A DNA stretch of 64,000 nt from an uncultured Candidatus Saccharibacteria bacterium. GTDB taxonomy: Bacteria > Patescibacteriota > Minisyncoccia > Phycocordibacterales > UBA12088. Below the pieces are notes generated by a model. The model was given only the letters and a program-made list of their open reading frames with translations, ran no database searches and was not told where the DNA came from. Position 1 is the stretch's first letter. Each line of letters begins with the position of its first letter. Made by a program: the position numbers and the translations under genes. Location of the stretch: positions 138,813-202,812 of the forward strand of contig CAZMLK010000002.1 of NCBI GenBank assembly GCA_964567265.1. Reading direction: 5' to 3'. Shown here in pieces: positions 37,808-47,426 of this stretch.

Positions 37808-37837
37808 GAAAAAGCCAGGGTCCGGAGGGACCCTGGC
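37808..37837 (-). repeat. hairpin repeat copy 2 (gccagggtccggagggaccctggc)
   Basis: See copy 1. Confidence 0.6.
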
Positions 37838-37981
37838 AGTCAGTCGAGGAACTGGGAGGCACGATTACCATAGCAGTCTTCATGATATTTTGTCAATTAA
37901 CCAGGCGTTTTTACAGGTAATCCACATGACAGGCCAAGCGATTCCTAGAGCGGAAACGGGGCCATGGTACCATTTCCAGAT

Positions 37982-38185
37982 ATGCGTACCGCCCTTTTCT
38001 TCATTACTATCCTTGCGGTCGTCGTCGGCGCCTTTCTCTATCTGAACCGGACGCCGTGCGAGGGGAAGTGCCCTGAATCAGCGGGCAAGGAATACTGCCG
38101 AAGCCTCGACAAACGCCGCAAGAATACAGAATTCAACCTCTCATATGGCGACCGTGTCCGCATGGTCATAAACGGCTGCTACTAG
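37982..38185 (+). CDS. possible 67-aa small membrane protein with Cys-rich tail (MRTALFFITILAVVVGAFLYLNRTPCEGKCPESAGKEYC...)
   Basis: One clear TM helix, ends 6 nt before the ComEC-MBL gene. Confidence 0.3.
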   Translation: MRTALFFITILAVVVGAFLYLNRTPCEGKCPESAGKEYCRSLDKRRKNTEFNLSYGDRVRMVINGCY

Positions 38186-38191
38186 GCTTTC

Positions 38192-39049
38192 ATGACATTC
38201 TCTCCGCTCCGGATTCGGATCGGCACACTCGCGCTCCTCGCCGGCGTGACCATTTTCATCTGGTACCTCGCGCTCCAGGCGACGTCCTCTCAGCTCACGG
38301 TCGCATTCCTCGATATCGGACAAGGAGATGCGATTTATATCGAGGGGCCGAACGGGAATCAGATTCTCATCGACGGCGGTGCGGACACCAAGGTGCTTGC
38401 CCGCCTCGGGGAGGTGATGCCGCTCGGCGACCGCTCGATCGATGTCGTCATCGGGACGCATCCAGACAAGGATCATATCGGCGGACTGCCTGACGTCTTG
38501 AAACGCTACGATGTTTCCTATGTATTCGAGCCCGGCATGGCGAATGATACGGCCGCATGGGACGCGTTCCTTCAGGCGATCGCGGACGAACACGCCGGGC
38601 ACATCATCGCGCGCCGGGGAATGGAGATCGATCTCGGACAGGGTGTCATGCTTTCGATATTGTTCCCGGACAAGCAGATCGCCGGCAAGGAGACGAACGC
38701 GGCTTCGATCGTCGCGAAGCTCTCGTATGGCGCCGTCGGCGTGATGCTGACTGGCGATGCGCCGCAGTCAGTCGAAGATCATCTTGTTACCTTGGATGGC
38801 GGGAATCTGAAAAGCGACATCCTCAAGGCAGGGCACCATGGATCGAAAACCTCAAGCGCTCCGCAGTTTCTCGATGCGGTCCGCCCGGCGTACGGGATCA
38901 TTTCCGCAGGGAAGGGAAATTCCTATGGCCATCCGCACAAGGAGGTCGTGAGCGCGCTCACGGAACGGAATGTGCGCACTCTGAGCACCATCGACAGGGG
39001 GACCATCATCTTTACTTCGGATGGGACGGCCGTCGCCTTACAGGAGTAG
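38192..39049 (+). CDS. ComEC-type metallo-beta-lactamase domain protein (stand-alone C-terminal nuclease domain of ComEC/Rec2)
   Basis: Signal/TM then VAFLDIGQGDAIYIE...VVIGTHPDKDHIGG...KAGHHGSKTSS (HxHxDH and later His of the ComEC MBL fold). Confidence 0.75.
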   Translation: MTFSPLRIRIGTLALLAGVTIFIWYLALQATSSQLTVAFLDIGQGDAIYIEGPNGNQILIDGGADTKVLARLGEVMPLGDRSIDVVIGTHPDKDHIGGLPDVLKRYDVSYVFEPGMANDTAAWDAFLQAIADEHAGHIIARRGMEIDLGQGVMLSILFPDKQIAGKETNAASIVAKLSYGAVGVMLTGDAPQSVEDHLVTLDGGNLKSDILKAGHHGSKTSSAPQFLDAVRPAYGIISAGKGNSYGHPHKEVVSALTERNVRTLSTIDRGTIIFTSDGTAVALQE

Positions 39050-39055
39050 GGCTCC

Positions 39056-39105
39056 AAAACAAAACCCCGCCGCAAGCACTCGTGCTTGCGGCGGGGTTTT
39101 GTTTT
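39056..39105. terminator. bidirectional terminator aaaacaaaaccccgccgcaagcactcgtgcttgcggcggggttttgtttt
   Basis: 16-bp GC stem with AAAACAAAA/TTTTGTTTT arms. Confidence 0.65.
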
Positions 39106-39108
39106 GGC

Positions 39109-39351
39109 CTAGATAACCCCTGCGTCCTTGAGCGCCTTGAACGGGCCCTTCTTGGTGATGGTCCGGAGACCCTTCGTGGAGACGGTGATCGTCACAAACT
39201 TCTTGAGTTCAGGGACGTAGAAGCGCTTCTTCATAAGGTTGGAGTGGCGCGTGACCTTTCCAGTCGGGTTGAACTGGGTAGCGCGAACACGGTTGGAGTA
39301 GCGGCCTCCGACCTGGGTTCCTTTATTGGTGATTGCGCAGACACGTGCCAT
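39109..39351 (-). CDS. rpmB: 50S ribosomal protein L28
   Basis: MARVCAITNKGTQVGGRYSNRVRATQ...; start trimmed to MARVC (80 aa). Confidence 0.8.
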   Translation of the reverse strand: MARVCAITNKGTQVGGRYSNRVRATQFNPTGKVTRHSNLMKKRFYVPELKKFVTITVSTKGLRTITKKGPFKALKDAGVI

Positions 39352-39457
39352 AGCCAGAAGACTGTACCACAGCCCTAAAAAAGAGACAAATCGAGAGGGT
39401 GGTCGGCAATCCTCTTCGATTCGGGGCAAAGGGGTTTCGTGCTACAAATAGTGGTGC

Positions 39458-40087
39458 ATGGATCCGTTCGTCATATTCCATCTCCTGGTGCTCATCCTCT
39501 CCATCGTCATCCACGAGGTGTCGCACGGCTATGCCGCGCTCGCGCTTGGGGACGCGACAGCCAAGTATCAGGGCCGCCTGACCCTGAATCCGTTGAAGCA
39601 CATTGACCCGGTCGGCTCTGTCGCTATCCCCGCCATTCTCATCCTCACGCATTCTTCCTTCCTCTTTGGATGGGCGAAGCCAGTACCCTATAATCCATAT
39701 AATCTCCGCAATCAGCGCTGGGGCGAGGCCTTTGTTGCTGCTGCCGGCCCCCTGGTAAACCTCACGATCGCGCTCTGTTTCGGGCTCCTCATCAAGTTCG
39801 GGGGAGGGGCACTCTCTTCGTCATTTGTGGATCTCGCCGCCCAGATCGTCTACATCAACCTCCTTCTCGGGATCTTCAACCTCATGCCGATCCCGCCCAT
39901 GGATGGGTCAAAGATCCTTCGCGCCGCGCTTCCATTCCGCCTGGCATTGTCCTTCCAGCGCCTCGAGGATCGCCTGTTCATGTTCGGCCCGGTCGCGGGA
40001 TTCATCCTCGTCTTCCTGGTCGTCTCCTTCCTCTGGCCGATCTTTTCGCCTCTCGTCGGTGCCCTATTCACCCTGCTTGTCGGGTAG
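39458..40087 (+). CDS. site-2 protease family (M50) zinc metalloprotease
   Basis: HEVSHGY (HExxH) in TM1, second ligand region [14 protein letters not shown] (LDG motif). Confidence 0.8.
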   Translation: MDPFVIFHLLVLILSIVIHEVSHGYAALALGDATAKYQGRLTLNPLKHIDPVGSVAIPAILILTHSSFLFGWAKPVPYNPYNLRNQRWGEAFVAAAGPLVNLTIALCFGLLIKFGGGALSSSFVDLAAQIVYINLLLGIFNLMPIPPMDGSKILRAALPFRLALSFQRLEDRLFMFGPVAGFILVFLVVSFLWPIFSPLVGALFTLLVG

Positions 40088-40200
40088 ATTGCGACTCTCT
40101 GGCATTTGCCTGCAACAAAGCGTCTTGCCTTTTTAGAGCGCACATAGTAGAGTATTCGGCGTGGGCATTTGGCCCTTTTCTTTTATCGAAGCCAGGCGAA

Positions 40201-40614
40201 ATGACAACAATCAACCAGCTCATCCGCAAGAATCGCAAGACCCCGGTCAGGAAATCCAAGACCGTGGTGCTTCGCCGTGGTTTCAACACTCTCGAGAACC
40301 GTCCAACCTTCTACCCATCGCCTTTCAAACGCGGTGTCTGTACGAAGGTCACGACCAAGACTCCTCGTAAGCCGAACTCAGCTATCCGTAAGATCGCCCG
40401 CGTCCGCCTCACGAACGGCATGGAAGTGACTGCATACATCCCGGGTATGGGCCACAACCTCCAGGAGCACTCTGTGGTGCTTCTCCGCGGCGGCCGCGTT
40501 AAGGACATTGGCGTCCGCTACACTGTGGTTCGTGGCAAGCTCGATGCAACCGGCGTTGCCAACCGTAAGACCTCACGCTCAAGCTATGGCGCAAAGCGTG
40601 CTAAGAAAGCATAA
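40201..40614 (+). CDS. rpsL: 30S ribosomal protein S12 (with about 13-aa insertion near the N-terminus)
   Basis: [60 protein letters not shown]. Confidence 0.92.
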   Translation: MTTINQLIRKNRKTPVRKSKTVVLRRGFNTLENRPTFYPSPFKRGVCTKVTTKTPRKPNSAIRKIARVRLTNGMEVTAYIPGMGHNLQEHSVVLLRGGRVKDIGVRYTVVRGKLDATGVANRKTSRSSYGAKRAKKA

Positions 40615-40619
40615 TCACC

Positions 40620-41087
40620 ATGCGACGCCCACTCAAGAAAAAACTGACCGTAGCTCCGGATGTCATCTACCAGTCTGAAAAGGTAGCGAAATTCGTAAAC
40701 TCGATCATGCAGGACGGCAAGAAGGTTGCTGCCCGCAAGATCGTGTACGGCGCGCTCGACATCATCAAGGAAACGGATGGACTCGATCCTCTCGAAGTCT
40801 TCGAGACGGCGCTCCGCAATGTCGGTCCGTCTGTCGAAGTCCGCTCACGCCGCGTCGGCGGTGCCAACTACCAGGTGCCCCGCGAAGTCCGTCCTGAGCG
40901 CCGTTCAGCACTCGCGATGCGCTGGATCATCACCGCGGTCCGCGCAAAGAAGGGCGTGAAGACCGCAAAGTCCCTGGCCGAAGAACTCATCGCCGCATCG
41001 AAGAACGAAGGAACGGCCGTGAAGAAGAAGGAGGATACGCACAAGATGGCAGAATCGAACCGCGCGTTCGCTCACTTCGCCTGGTAA
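40620..41087 (+). CDS. rpsG: 30S ribosomal protein S7
   Basis: Full-length uS7, ...[24 protein letters not shown]... Confidence 0.92.
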   Translation: MRRPLKKKLTVAPDVIYQSEKVAKFVNSIMQDGKKVAARKIVYGALDIIKETDGLDPLEVFETALRNVGPSVEVRSRRVGGANYQVPREVRPERRSALAMRWIITAVRAKKGVKTAKSLAEELIAASKNEGTAVKKKEDTHKMAESNRAFAHFAW

Positions 41088-41095
41088 TTTCACAA

Positions 41096-41141
41096 AATCA
41101 AAACAAAACCACGCCGGCTCCGCCGGCGGGGTTTTGTTTTG
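41096..41141. terminator. bidirectional terminator aaaacaaaaccacgccggctccgccggcggggttttgtttt after rpsG
   Basis: GC stem with conserved AAAACAAAA/TTTTGTTTT arms. Confidence 0.55.
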
Positions 41142-41154
41142 AGACGCCAATCAA

Positions 41155-41994
41155 TTACTCTGCCTCCGCATGCACCTCGTGGATGCGCTCGACGTCATCA
41201 TGGAGCCGTGAGAGCCGCGGCCCGATCCGATCGACGAGCTCGCTTCCAAATACCACAAAGGGGACGAGATCCTTGCTCTGGAACAGTGTTCCGTTCTCGA
41301 TCACGTACATGCGCTTGTCGCGCATCTCGATCGAGTAGGCGCTCCCGCGATCGATGAGGAATTCCATGATCTCCGGCGTGAGGATTTCGAGTGCCTCGAT
41401 CTCCAGATCTTCAGCGACGTACAGGTTGAACCGCTTCGCGAATCCCGCATCCAGGGTCAGCGATTTGTGATAGGTGTCTGCAAGCGCCTCTCCCTCAAAA
41501 AACCGATTTTCCTCGAGGATGAGATCAGGCAGGGGACCACTGAAATCGAAGCAGCAGACGGTATAGAAATGGCTCTGGCTGTTCTTCCCGCTCCCGGTGG
41601 TGTACTGGAAATGGAACAGCTCGAAGGCAGTCGCCCCGTATTCACCGCTCACCACGTTCGCGATTGCACGGGAGTGACCCTTCTTAAAGAGCATGCTCGC
41701 GTAGGAATCGTCGAGGTCAGAGTACGACGCGTACTCAAAGCCGCACGCGTCGGCAAAACGGCGCATGGACTCTGCCTGGTACCGGCTCGCCCGGTAGCTC
41801 GCGTAGAGGAAGAGGGGAAGGAGGACTCCGTACAGGAACACGTTCAGCGGCTGGCCAAGCCCGAACAGCGAAAGGAAGAGTGCAATGACTCCGAGCACGA
41901 TCCCGATAAGCGCGATCTTCCGGAGTTCTCCGACCACCATGGCACGTGTCATATTCGCGGGGAATGATGCGCCGGGTTTGGGGCCGATTGGCAT
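41155..41994 (-). CDS. hypothetical membrane protein (inserted between rpsG and fusA)
   Basis: Two N-terminal TM helices, then soluble domain (YTTGSGKNSQSHFYTVCCFDFSGPLP); no family recognised. Confidence 0.5.
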   Translation of the reverse strand: MPIGPKPGASFPANMTRAMVVGELRKIALIGIVLGVIALFLSLFGLGQPLNVFLYGVLLPLFLYASYRASRYQAESMRRFADACGFEYASYSDLDDSYASMLFKKGHSRAIANVVSGEYGATAFELFHFQYTTGSGKNSQSHFYTVCCFDFSGPLPDLILEENRFFEGEALADTYHKSLTLDAGFAKRFNLYVAEDLEIEALEILTPEIMEFLIDRGSAYSIEMRDKRMYVIENGTLFQSKDLVPFVVFGSELVDRIGPRLSRLHDDVERIHEVHAEAE

Positions 41995-42040
41995 AGATAG
42001 CGTCAGTATAGGCTAATTGCGGATTTGGTAAATAAAGAAA

Positions 42041-42068
42041 GCGCCGGCCCGAATTTTCGGGCCGGCGC
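42041..42068 (-). terminator. hairpin gcgccggcccgaattttcgggccggcgc plus T-run on the minus strand
   Basis: Located 6 nt downstream of the stop of ORF 42074-42544. Confidence 0.5.
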
Positions 42069-42073
42069 GGCGG

Positions 42074-42544
42074 CTAGCAGGTGCCAGAACAGATGTACAT
42101 GGCCATAAGTCTGTGGGACGTGCGCAAGGCGCGCTCACCGATTGCTGTCCCAGGATAGCGCTCGGAAAGATCCTTATAATACTTTGCCAGCTTCCAGAGC
42201 GACCTTCGCGCTTCTCCAAGGTGAACATAGAGGTCGATCTCAGGGAGACCGGCGTCGCCATTTCTCCCGTGTGGATCCCTCCAGGTTGTCGTTCTCAGGT
42301 GGATCGGTTTCGGCATCCCCCCGCGCCAAAAATAGAAATCGATGCGACGGCGGAGCAGGCTTTGGAGTGGACTTACGATGACCACTGTTTCCGGGGGTGC
42401 CGCCACCTTCGCGAGGAGGTCTTTGCAGAGAGCGATTCCCAAGCCGTCCATTTTGTCTAAGGATGCGGACTGGGCCCTCCATGTAATCAAATCGAGCTTG
42501 GGGCGATGATATCCCCTGAGGGAGGTGGTTGAGTTCGATGACAC
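42074..42544 (-). CDS. hypothetical protein
   Basis: ORF with its own terminator; no motif recognised. Confidence 0.4.
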   Translation of the reverse strand: MSSNSTTSLRGYHRPKLDLITWRAQSASLDKMDGLGIALCKDLLAKVAAPPETVVIVSPLQSLLRRRIDFYFWRGGMPKPIHLRTTTWRDPHGRNGDAGLPEIDLYVHLGEARRSLWKLAKYYKDLSERYPGTAIGERALRTSHRLMAMYICSGTC

Positions 42545-42605
42545 GCATGCGGCCTTCTCCTGATGCTCTGAGGTCTGTGAAGCAATCTCTCACAGCTCCT
42601 CTATA

Positions 42606-42634
42606 TTGTCTATTTCCCGAATTTGATTTATAGT
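42606..42634 (+). promoter_or_regulatory. candidate fusA promoter TTGTCT-N17-TATAGT
   Basis: 65 nt upstream of fusA. Confidence 0.35.
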
Positions 42635-42699
42635 CCTCCTACAAGCGCAAAGCGCCTTTTTGTTTCTTATAAGCCGCCGCCTCATCATTTAGCACCACT

Positions 42700-44853
42700 A
42701 TGGAAGGAAGAGATTATCCGCTCGAGAGAGTACGAAACTTCGGGATCATCGCCCACATCGACGCCGGAAAGACCACCACGTCCGAGCGTATTCTGTATTA
42801 CACCGGCGAATCCCATAAGATCGGCGAGGTGCACGAGGGCGAGACGGTCACCGACTGGATGGAACAGGAGCGCGAGCGCGGCATCACCATCACTGCAGCG
42901 GCCATCACCTGCTTCTGGACCAAGACGGATGAGGATCCAGCAGACAAGGCCAAGAAGCAGCGCTTCAACATCATCGACACCCCGGGACACATCGACTTCA
43001 CCGTCGAGGTGAAGCGCTCACTCCGTGTGCTCGACGGCGCGGTCGTCGTCTTCGACGGCGTTGCCGGCGTCGAACCGCAGTCTGAGACCAACTGGCGCTA
43101 CGCAGACGAGGCAAAGGTGCCGCGTATCTGCTTCATCAACAAGCTCGACCGCACCGGCGCATCATTCGAGCGCTCGTACCAATCCATCCTCGACCGCCTC
43201 AACAAGAAGGCGGTCCGCATGCAGCTCCCGATTGGCGACGAGGATGCCTTCTCAGGCGTCATCGACCTCCTCAAGATGAAGGCATTCACCTTCACCGGCG
43301 AGCTCGGCAAGATCGTCGTCGAAGGCGAGATCCCTGCAAACATGATGGCCGAAGCGGAGAAGTACCGCGCAGAACTCATCGAGCGCATCGTCGAACACGA
43401 TGACGAGCTCATGAGCGGCTACCTCGAAGGGAAGATCCCGACGATGGAAGAACTCAAGAAGACGCTCCGGAAGGCAGTGATCGCGAACGATATCTTCCCG
43501 GTCTACACCGGCTCAGCGCTCAAGAACAAGGGCGTCCAGCTCGTCCTCGACGCGGTCGTCGACTATCTCCCGTCTCCCTTGGACATGCCGCCGGTCACAG
43601 GCATCAACCCGAACAACGGCGAGGCGATCGAGCGCCATGCGGATGATTCCGAGCCGTTCTCAGCGCTCGCCTTCAAGCTCCAGGCAGACCCGTTCGTGGG
43701 CCAGCTCACCTTCTTCCGTGTCTACTCAGGTACGATCGAAGCGGGTTCATATATCTACAATTCAACCACCGGCGACAAGGAGCGCCTCGGCCGCATCGTC
43801 CGCCTCCAGGCGAACGACCGCGAAGAAGTAAAGAAGGTCTACGCCGGCGAGATCGCCGCAGCCGTCGGGCTCAAGAACACCCGTACCTCGCACACGCTCT
43901 GCGACGAGAATGATCCGATCATCCTCGAAGAGATCGTCTTCCCGGAGCCAGTCGTGTCGCTTCGCATCGAACCGAAGACAAAGGCTGACCAGGAGAAAAT
44001 GGGCATCGCGCTCAAGAAGCTTTCCGATGAGGATCCAACCTTCCGCGTCACCTCTGATGCTGAGACCATGGAAACCATCATCGCGGGCATGGGCGAGCTC
44101 CATCTCGAGATCCTCGTCGACCGCATGAAGCGCGAATTCAACGTCGAAGCGAATGTCGGCAAGCCGCAGGTCGCGTACCGCGAGACCATCCAGCGCGAAG
44201 CCGAGGCAGAACACAAGTACATAAAGCAGACCGGCGGTCGCGGCCAGTACGGTCACGTGAAGATCCGCGTGAAGCCGATGGAAGCATGGCCGGAAGACAA
44301 GAAGATGCCAAACAACGTGAAGCGCGAAGATCACTTCGAGTGGATCAACAACATCAAGGGAGGCGTCATTCCGCAGGAATACATCCCGGCTGTCGAGAAG
44401 GGCGTGAAGGAAGCAATGGAGCGCGGTATCGTCGCCGGCTACAAGCTCGAGGATGTCTCATGCGAACTCTACGATGGCTCGTACCACGATGTGGACTCAT
44501 CCGAAATTGCCTTCAAGATCGCAGGATCCCAGGCGTTCCAGGAGGCAGCCAAGAAGGCGGGCGCCGTCATCCTCGAACCGATCATGCGCGTCGAAGTCGT
44601 CATCCCGGAGAAATTCATGGGCGACATCAACGGCAACCTTTCCTCGAAGCGCGGTCAGATCGAAGGCATGGAAGATCGCGGCATGCTCCGCGTCGTGAAG
44701 GCCAAGGTCCCGCTCTCCGAAATGTTCGGATACACGACGGCGCTTCGCTCCATGACGGAGGGTCGCGGTTCCATGACCATGGAATTCGACCACTACGAAG
44801 TGGTTCCGAAGAACGTCTCCGACACCATCGTCGCGGCACGCGGAGGGAAGTAA
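42700..44853 (+). CDS. fusA: elongation factor G
   Basis: [11 protein letters not shown]1, DTPGHIDF G3, full five-domain EF-G, 717 aa. Confidence 0.95.
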   Translation: MEGRDYPLERVRNFGIIAHIDAGKTTTSERILYYTGESHKIGEVHEGETVTDWMEQERERGITITAAAITCFWTKTDEDPADKAKKQRFNIIDTPGHIDFTVEVKRSLRVLDGAVVVFDGVAGVEPQSETNWRYADEAKVPRICFINKLDRTGASFERSYQSILDRLNKKAVRMQLPIGDEDAFSGVIDLLKMKAFTFTGELGKIVVEGEIPANMMAEAEKYRAELIERIVEHDDELMSGYLEGKIPTMEELKKTLRKAVIANDIFPVYTGSALKNKGVQLVLDAVVDYLPSPLDMPPVTGINPNNGEAIERHADDSEPFSALAFKLQADPFVGQLTFFRVYSGTIEAGSYIYNSTTGDKERLGRIVRLQANDREEVKKVYAGEIAAAVGLKNTRTSHTLCDENDPIILEEIVFPEPVVSLRIEPKTKADQEKMGIALKKLSDEDPTFRVTSDAETMETIIAGMGELHLEILVDRMKREFNVEANVGKPQVAYRETIQREAEAEHKYIKQTGGRGQYGHVKIRVKPMEAWPEDKKMPNNVKREDHFEWINNIKGGVIPQEYIPAVEKGVKEAMERGIVAGYKLEDVSCELYDGSYHDVDSSEIAFKIAGSQAFQEAAKKAGAVILEPIMRVEVVIPEKFMGDINGNLSSKRGQIEGMEDRGMLRVVKAKVPLSEMFGYTTALRSMTEGRGSMTMEFDHYEVVPKNVSDTIVAARGGK

Positions 44854-44870
44854 CTCTGAATCAAACAACA

Positions 44871-44907
44871 CAAAGCCGGCGCGAGCTTTGCTCGCGCCGG
44901 CTTTGTT
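44871..44907 (+). terminator. terminator aaagccggcgcgagctttgctcgcgccggcttt + TGTTTT
   Basis: 13-bp GC stem after the fusA stop. Confidence 0.6.
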
Positions 44908-44971
44908 TTCACCCTCCATACAAAAAACACCCCGGAAATTGGCTGAAAGCCAATTTCCGGGGTGCAAAGAC

Positions 44972-45406
44972 TCAAGCAATAATCCGCTTCCGCACCCTCT
45001 CAAAGTAGAGAAGAGAGGCGAGGAAAGTGGCGATGGTGGGGAGCATTGTTGCACCGATTATAAATCCAATCGGATCCTGTATTGCTTCTGTCCGAGTAGC
45101 CACGTTTACCCAGCTCAGGTGAAGCATTATGGATCCCACCGCAGCCACCAGCAAACTTAAGGCGATCTGCAGGAGAAAGGAGTCGCCCTCAACGACATAG
45201 TCAGCGATGACCAATGACGCGAAGACCAAGATCGTCACAATGAGGACTGTCGAGATAGCCCCTCCGCCGAGCTGCCACCCGGGCCGGTCCAAGACCACGG
45301 CCATGGTTTCTGGGGCACTGTTTCTGAGAAAGAGCACCAGCATCGTCAAGCAGGTGAGTATGCTGGCGATTAACGAGCGCACAAAAGCACCTCTCATTTT
45401 CGGCAT
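44972..45406 (-). CDS. hypothetical 4-TM membrane protein (inserted between fusA and tuf)
   Basis: Four hydrophobic helices; no motif recognised. Confidence 0.45.
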   Translation of the reverse strand: MPKMRGAFVRSLIASILTCLTMLVLFLRNSAPETMAVVLDRPGWQLGGGAISTVLIVTILVFASLVIADYVVEGDSFLLQIALSLLVAAVGSIMLHLSWVNVATRTEAIQDPIGFIIGATMLPTIATFLASLLYFERVRKRIIA

Positions 45407-45506
45407 CCTTCCGTCGGTTCAGTACTCGTGCCAGCATGCCGGCGTCTCCGCGACGAATCAAGCCGTCCTCCGGGAGGGTACCGAAGCCTTCACCCCTGCC
45501 CGTTTA

Positions 45507-45535
45507 TTGACGTACCCCTTGCTTTCCGCTATTAT
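45507..45535 (+). promoter_or_regulatory. tuf promoter TTGACG-N17-TATTAT
   Basis: Near-consensus sigma-70 promoter 175 nt upstream of tuf; purine-rich leader. Confidence 0.45.
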
Positions 45536-45709
45536 CTCGCTACCGCAGTTGTTGCGTCCTTTTTTGTCATTGGACCTTGTCATTTGGAGGGCCTTGGGAG
45601 AAAGGGAGGTAGAAAAGGTGGTAGGTGTTCATTATAAATCGCTACCGTCTCGAATTGAGCCCTGGTTCTCGCGCGCTCATACGGGACAGTAGCCAAACAA
45701 GAAAATCAT

Positions 45710-46909
45710 ATGGCAGGTACATTCGATCGCTCGAAGCCCCATGTCAACGTCGGCACCATCGGCCACGTCGACCACGGCAAGACGACCCTCACAGCCGGCA
45801 TCCTCCACGTGCTCCACATGGCGGGGAATGGCTTTGGCGCATCCGAGAAGGGTGTTGACCAGATTGACAACGCGCCTGAAGAAAAGGCACGTGGTATTAC
45901 GATTTCGCTCTCGCACTCTGAGTACGAGACCCCGAACCGTCACTACGCGCACATCGACGCGCCAGGTCACGCTGACTACATCAAGAACATGATCACGGGC
46001 GCAGCCCAGATGGACGGTGCGATCCTCGTGGTCGCAGCGACCGACGGCATGATGCCCCAGACGCGCGAACACGTCCTCCTTGCAAAGCAGGTTGGCGTGC
46101 CTCGCATGATCGTCTTCATCAACAAGGTGGACATGGTCGAAGACCAGGACCTCGTTGACCTCGTCGAAGAGGAAATCCGCGACCTTCTCACGAAGCAGGG
46201 TTTTGATGGCGCAAACGCACCGATCATTCGCGGTTCAGGCCTCAAGGCCCTCGAATCGAAGTCGGTTGACGATCCGTACGCTCAGAAGATCATCGAACTC
46301 GCAAAGGCACTCGATGAATACATCCCGATGCCGGTTCGCGAGACTGAGAAGCCGTTCCTCATGCCGATCGAAGACATCTTCTCGATCGAAGGACGCGGTA
46401 CCGTCGTTACCGGACGCATCGAGCGCGGCCAGGTGAAGGTGGGCGAGGATGTTGAAATCATTGGCCTCCAGCCAACCGCGAAGACGACCATCACGGGTAT
46501 CGAAATGTTCAACAAGCAGCTTGATAGCGGTATGGCAGGCGACAACGCCGGCATCCTCCTCCGCGGAACCAAGAAGGAAGACGTGCACCGCGGACAGGTC
46601 CTCGCAAAGACGGGATCAGTTACGCCGCACACTGAATTCGAGGCAGAAGCATACATCCTCAAGAAGGAGGAAGGAGGCCGCCACACGCCGTTCTTCACCG
46701 GTTACAAGCCGCAGTTCTATGTCCGCACCACGGACGTGACGGGCGACGTGACCCTCCCAGAAGGTGTTGAAATGGTCATGCCAGGCGACACCACGAAGTT
46801 CAAGGTGAAGCTCGTCGCACCAATCGCGCTCGAAGAGCAGACCCGTTTCGCCATCCGCGAGGGCGGCAAGACGGTCGGTGCAGGCGTCGTCACCAAGGTG
46901 ATCGCCTAA
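45710..46909 (+). CDS. tuf: elongation factor Tu
   Basis: [22 protein letters not shown]; 399 aa. Confidence 0.95.
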   Translation: MAGTFDRSKPHVNVGTIGHVDHGKTTLTAGILHVLHMAGNGFGASEKGVDQIDNAPEEKARGITISLSHSEYETPNRHYAHIDAPGHADYIKNMITGAAQMDGAILVVAATDGMMPQTREHVLLAKQVGVPRMIVFINKVDMVEDQDLVDLVEEEIRDLLTKQGFDGANAPIIRGSGLKALESKSVDDPYAQKIIELAKALDEYIPMPVRETEKPFLMPIEDIFSIEGRGTVVTGRIERGQVKVGEDVEIIGLQPTAKTTITGIEMFNKQLDSGMAGDNAGILLRGTKKEDVHRGQVLAKTGSVTPHTEFEAEAYILKKEEGGRHTPFFTGYKPQFYVRTTDVTGDVTLPEGVEMVMPGDTTKFKVKLVAPIALEEQTRFAIREGGKTVGAGVVTKVIA

Positions 46910-46958
46910 CCCACAAAGTACTTACCAAAACCACTACTAGGACCTTTGACAACACGAT

Positions 46959-47339
46959 ATGGCAACGAAAGAAACTACAGAAGCTCCGAAGCGCGCCAAG
47001 CGCGCGGCGAAAGCTGTCAAAGGAGTTGAAGCCGTCTCCAAGCTCCGCATTCGCGTGCGCGCCTATGAGCACAAGCTCCTCGACGCATCCGTAAAGCAGA
47101 TCATGGACACCGCGCTTCGCTTCGATGCCACCATCGTCGGTCCGATCCCGCTTCCGACGGAAATCAAGAAGTACACGGTGAACCGCGCCGCATTCGTCTA
47201 CAAAGACGCGCGAGAACAATTTGAAATGCGAGTGCACAAGCGCCTCATCGACATCCTGAATCCGTCCGCGAAAGTCATCGAGTCCCTGACCAACCTCACC
47301 CTCCCATCCGGCGTCAACATCGACGTCAAGATGGTTTAG
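46959..47339 (+). CDS. rpsJ: 30S ribosomal protein S10 (with about 25-aa basic N-terminal extension)
   Basis: KLRIRVRAYEHKLLDASVKQIMDTA...RLIDILNPSAKVIESLTNLTLPSGVNIDVKMV. Confidence 0.9.
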   Translation: MATKETTEAPKRAKRAAKAVKGVEAVSKLRIRVRAYEHKLLDASVKQIMDTALRFDATIVGPIPLPTEIKKYTVNRAAFVYKDAREQFEMRVHKRLIDILNPSAKVIESLTNLTLPSGVNIDVKMV

Positions 47340-47384
47340 GTAAAAGGAGTCAAACAAAAAATCCCCTCACGGGGATTTTTTGTT
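47319..47384 (+). repeat. direct repeat, left copy (last 21 nt of rpsJ + stop + terminator)
   Basis: atcgacgtcaagatggtttaggtaaaaggagtcaaacaaaaaatcccctcacggggattttttgtt. Confidence 0.75.
47352..47384 (+). terminator. rpsJ terminator aaacaaaaaatcccc-tcac-ggggattttttgtt
   Basis: Hairpin 13 nt after the rpsJ stop; this is the part duplicated at 48221-48270. Confidence 0.55.
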
Positions 47385-47426
47385 ACACTATGGAGGATTT
47401 CTTTTACATACTAACCGTTCAATCTC

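Noticed and set aside
37599-37837. Possible CRISPR array
   Set aside because: There are only two copies of the 24-nt hairpin and the repeats are palindromic terminator-like stems. No cas genes and no regular spacer architecture are present.
40125-40153. rpsL promoter TTGCCT-N17-TAGAGT
   Set aside because: Both hexamers are weak (3-4 of 6 matches), so it was not listed as a feature. A real promoter probably exists in 40090-40200 but cannot be pinned by eye.
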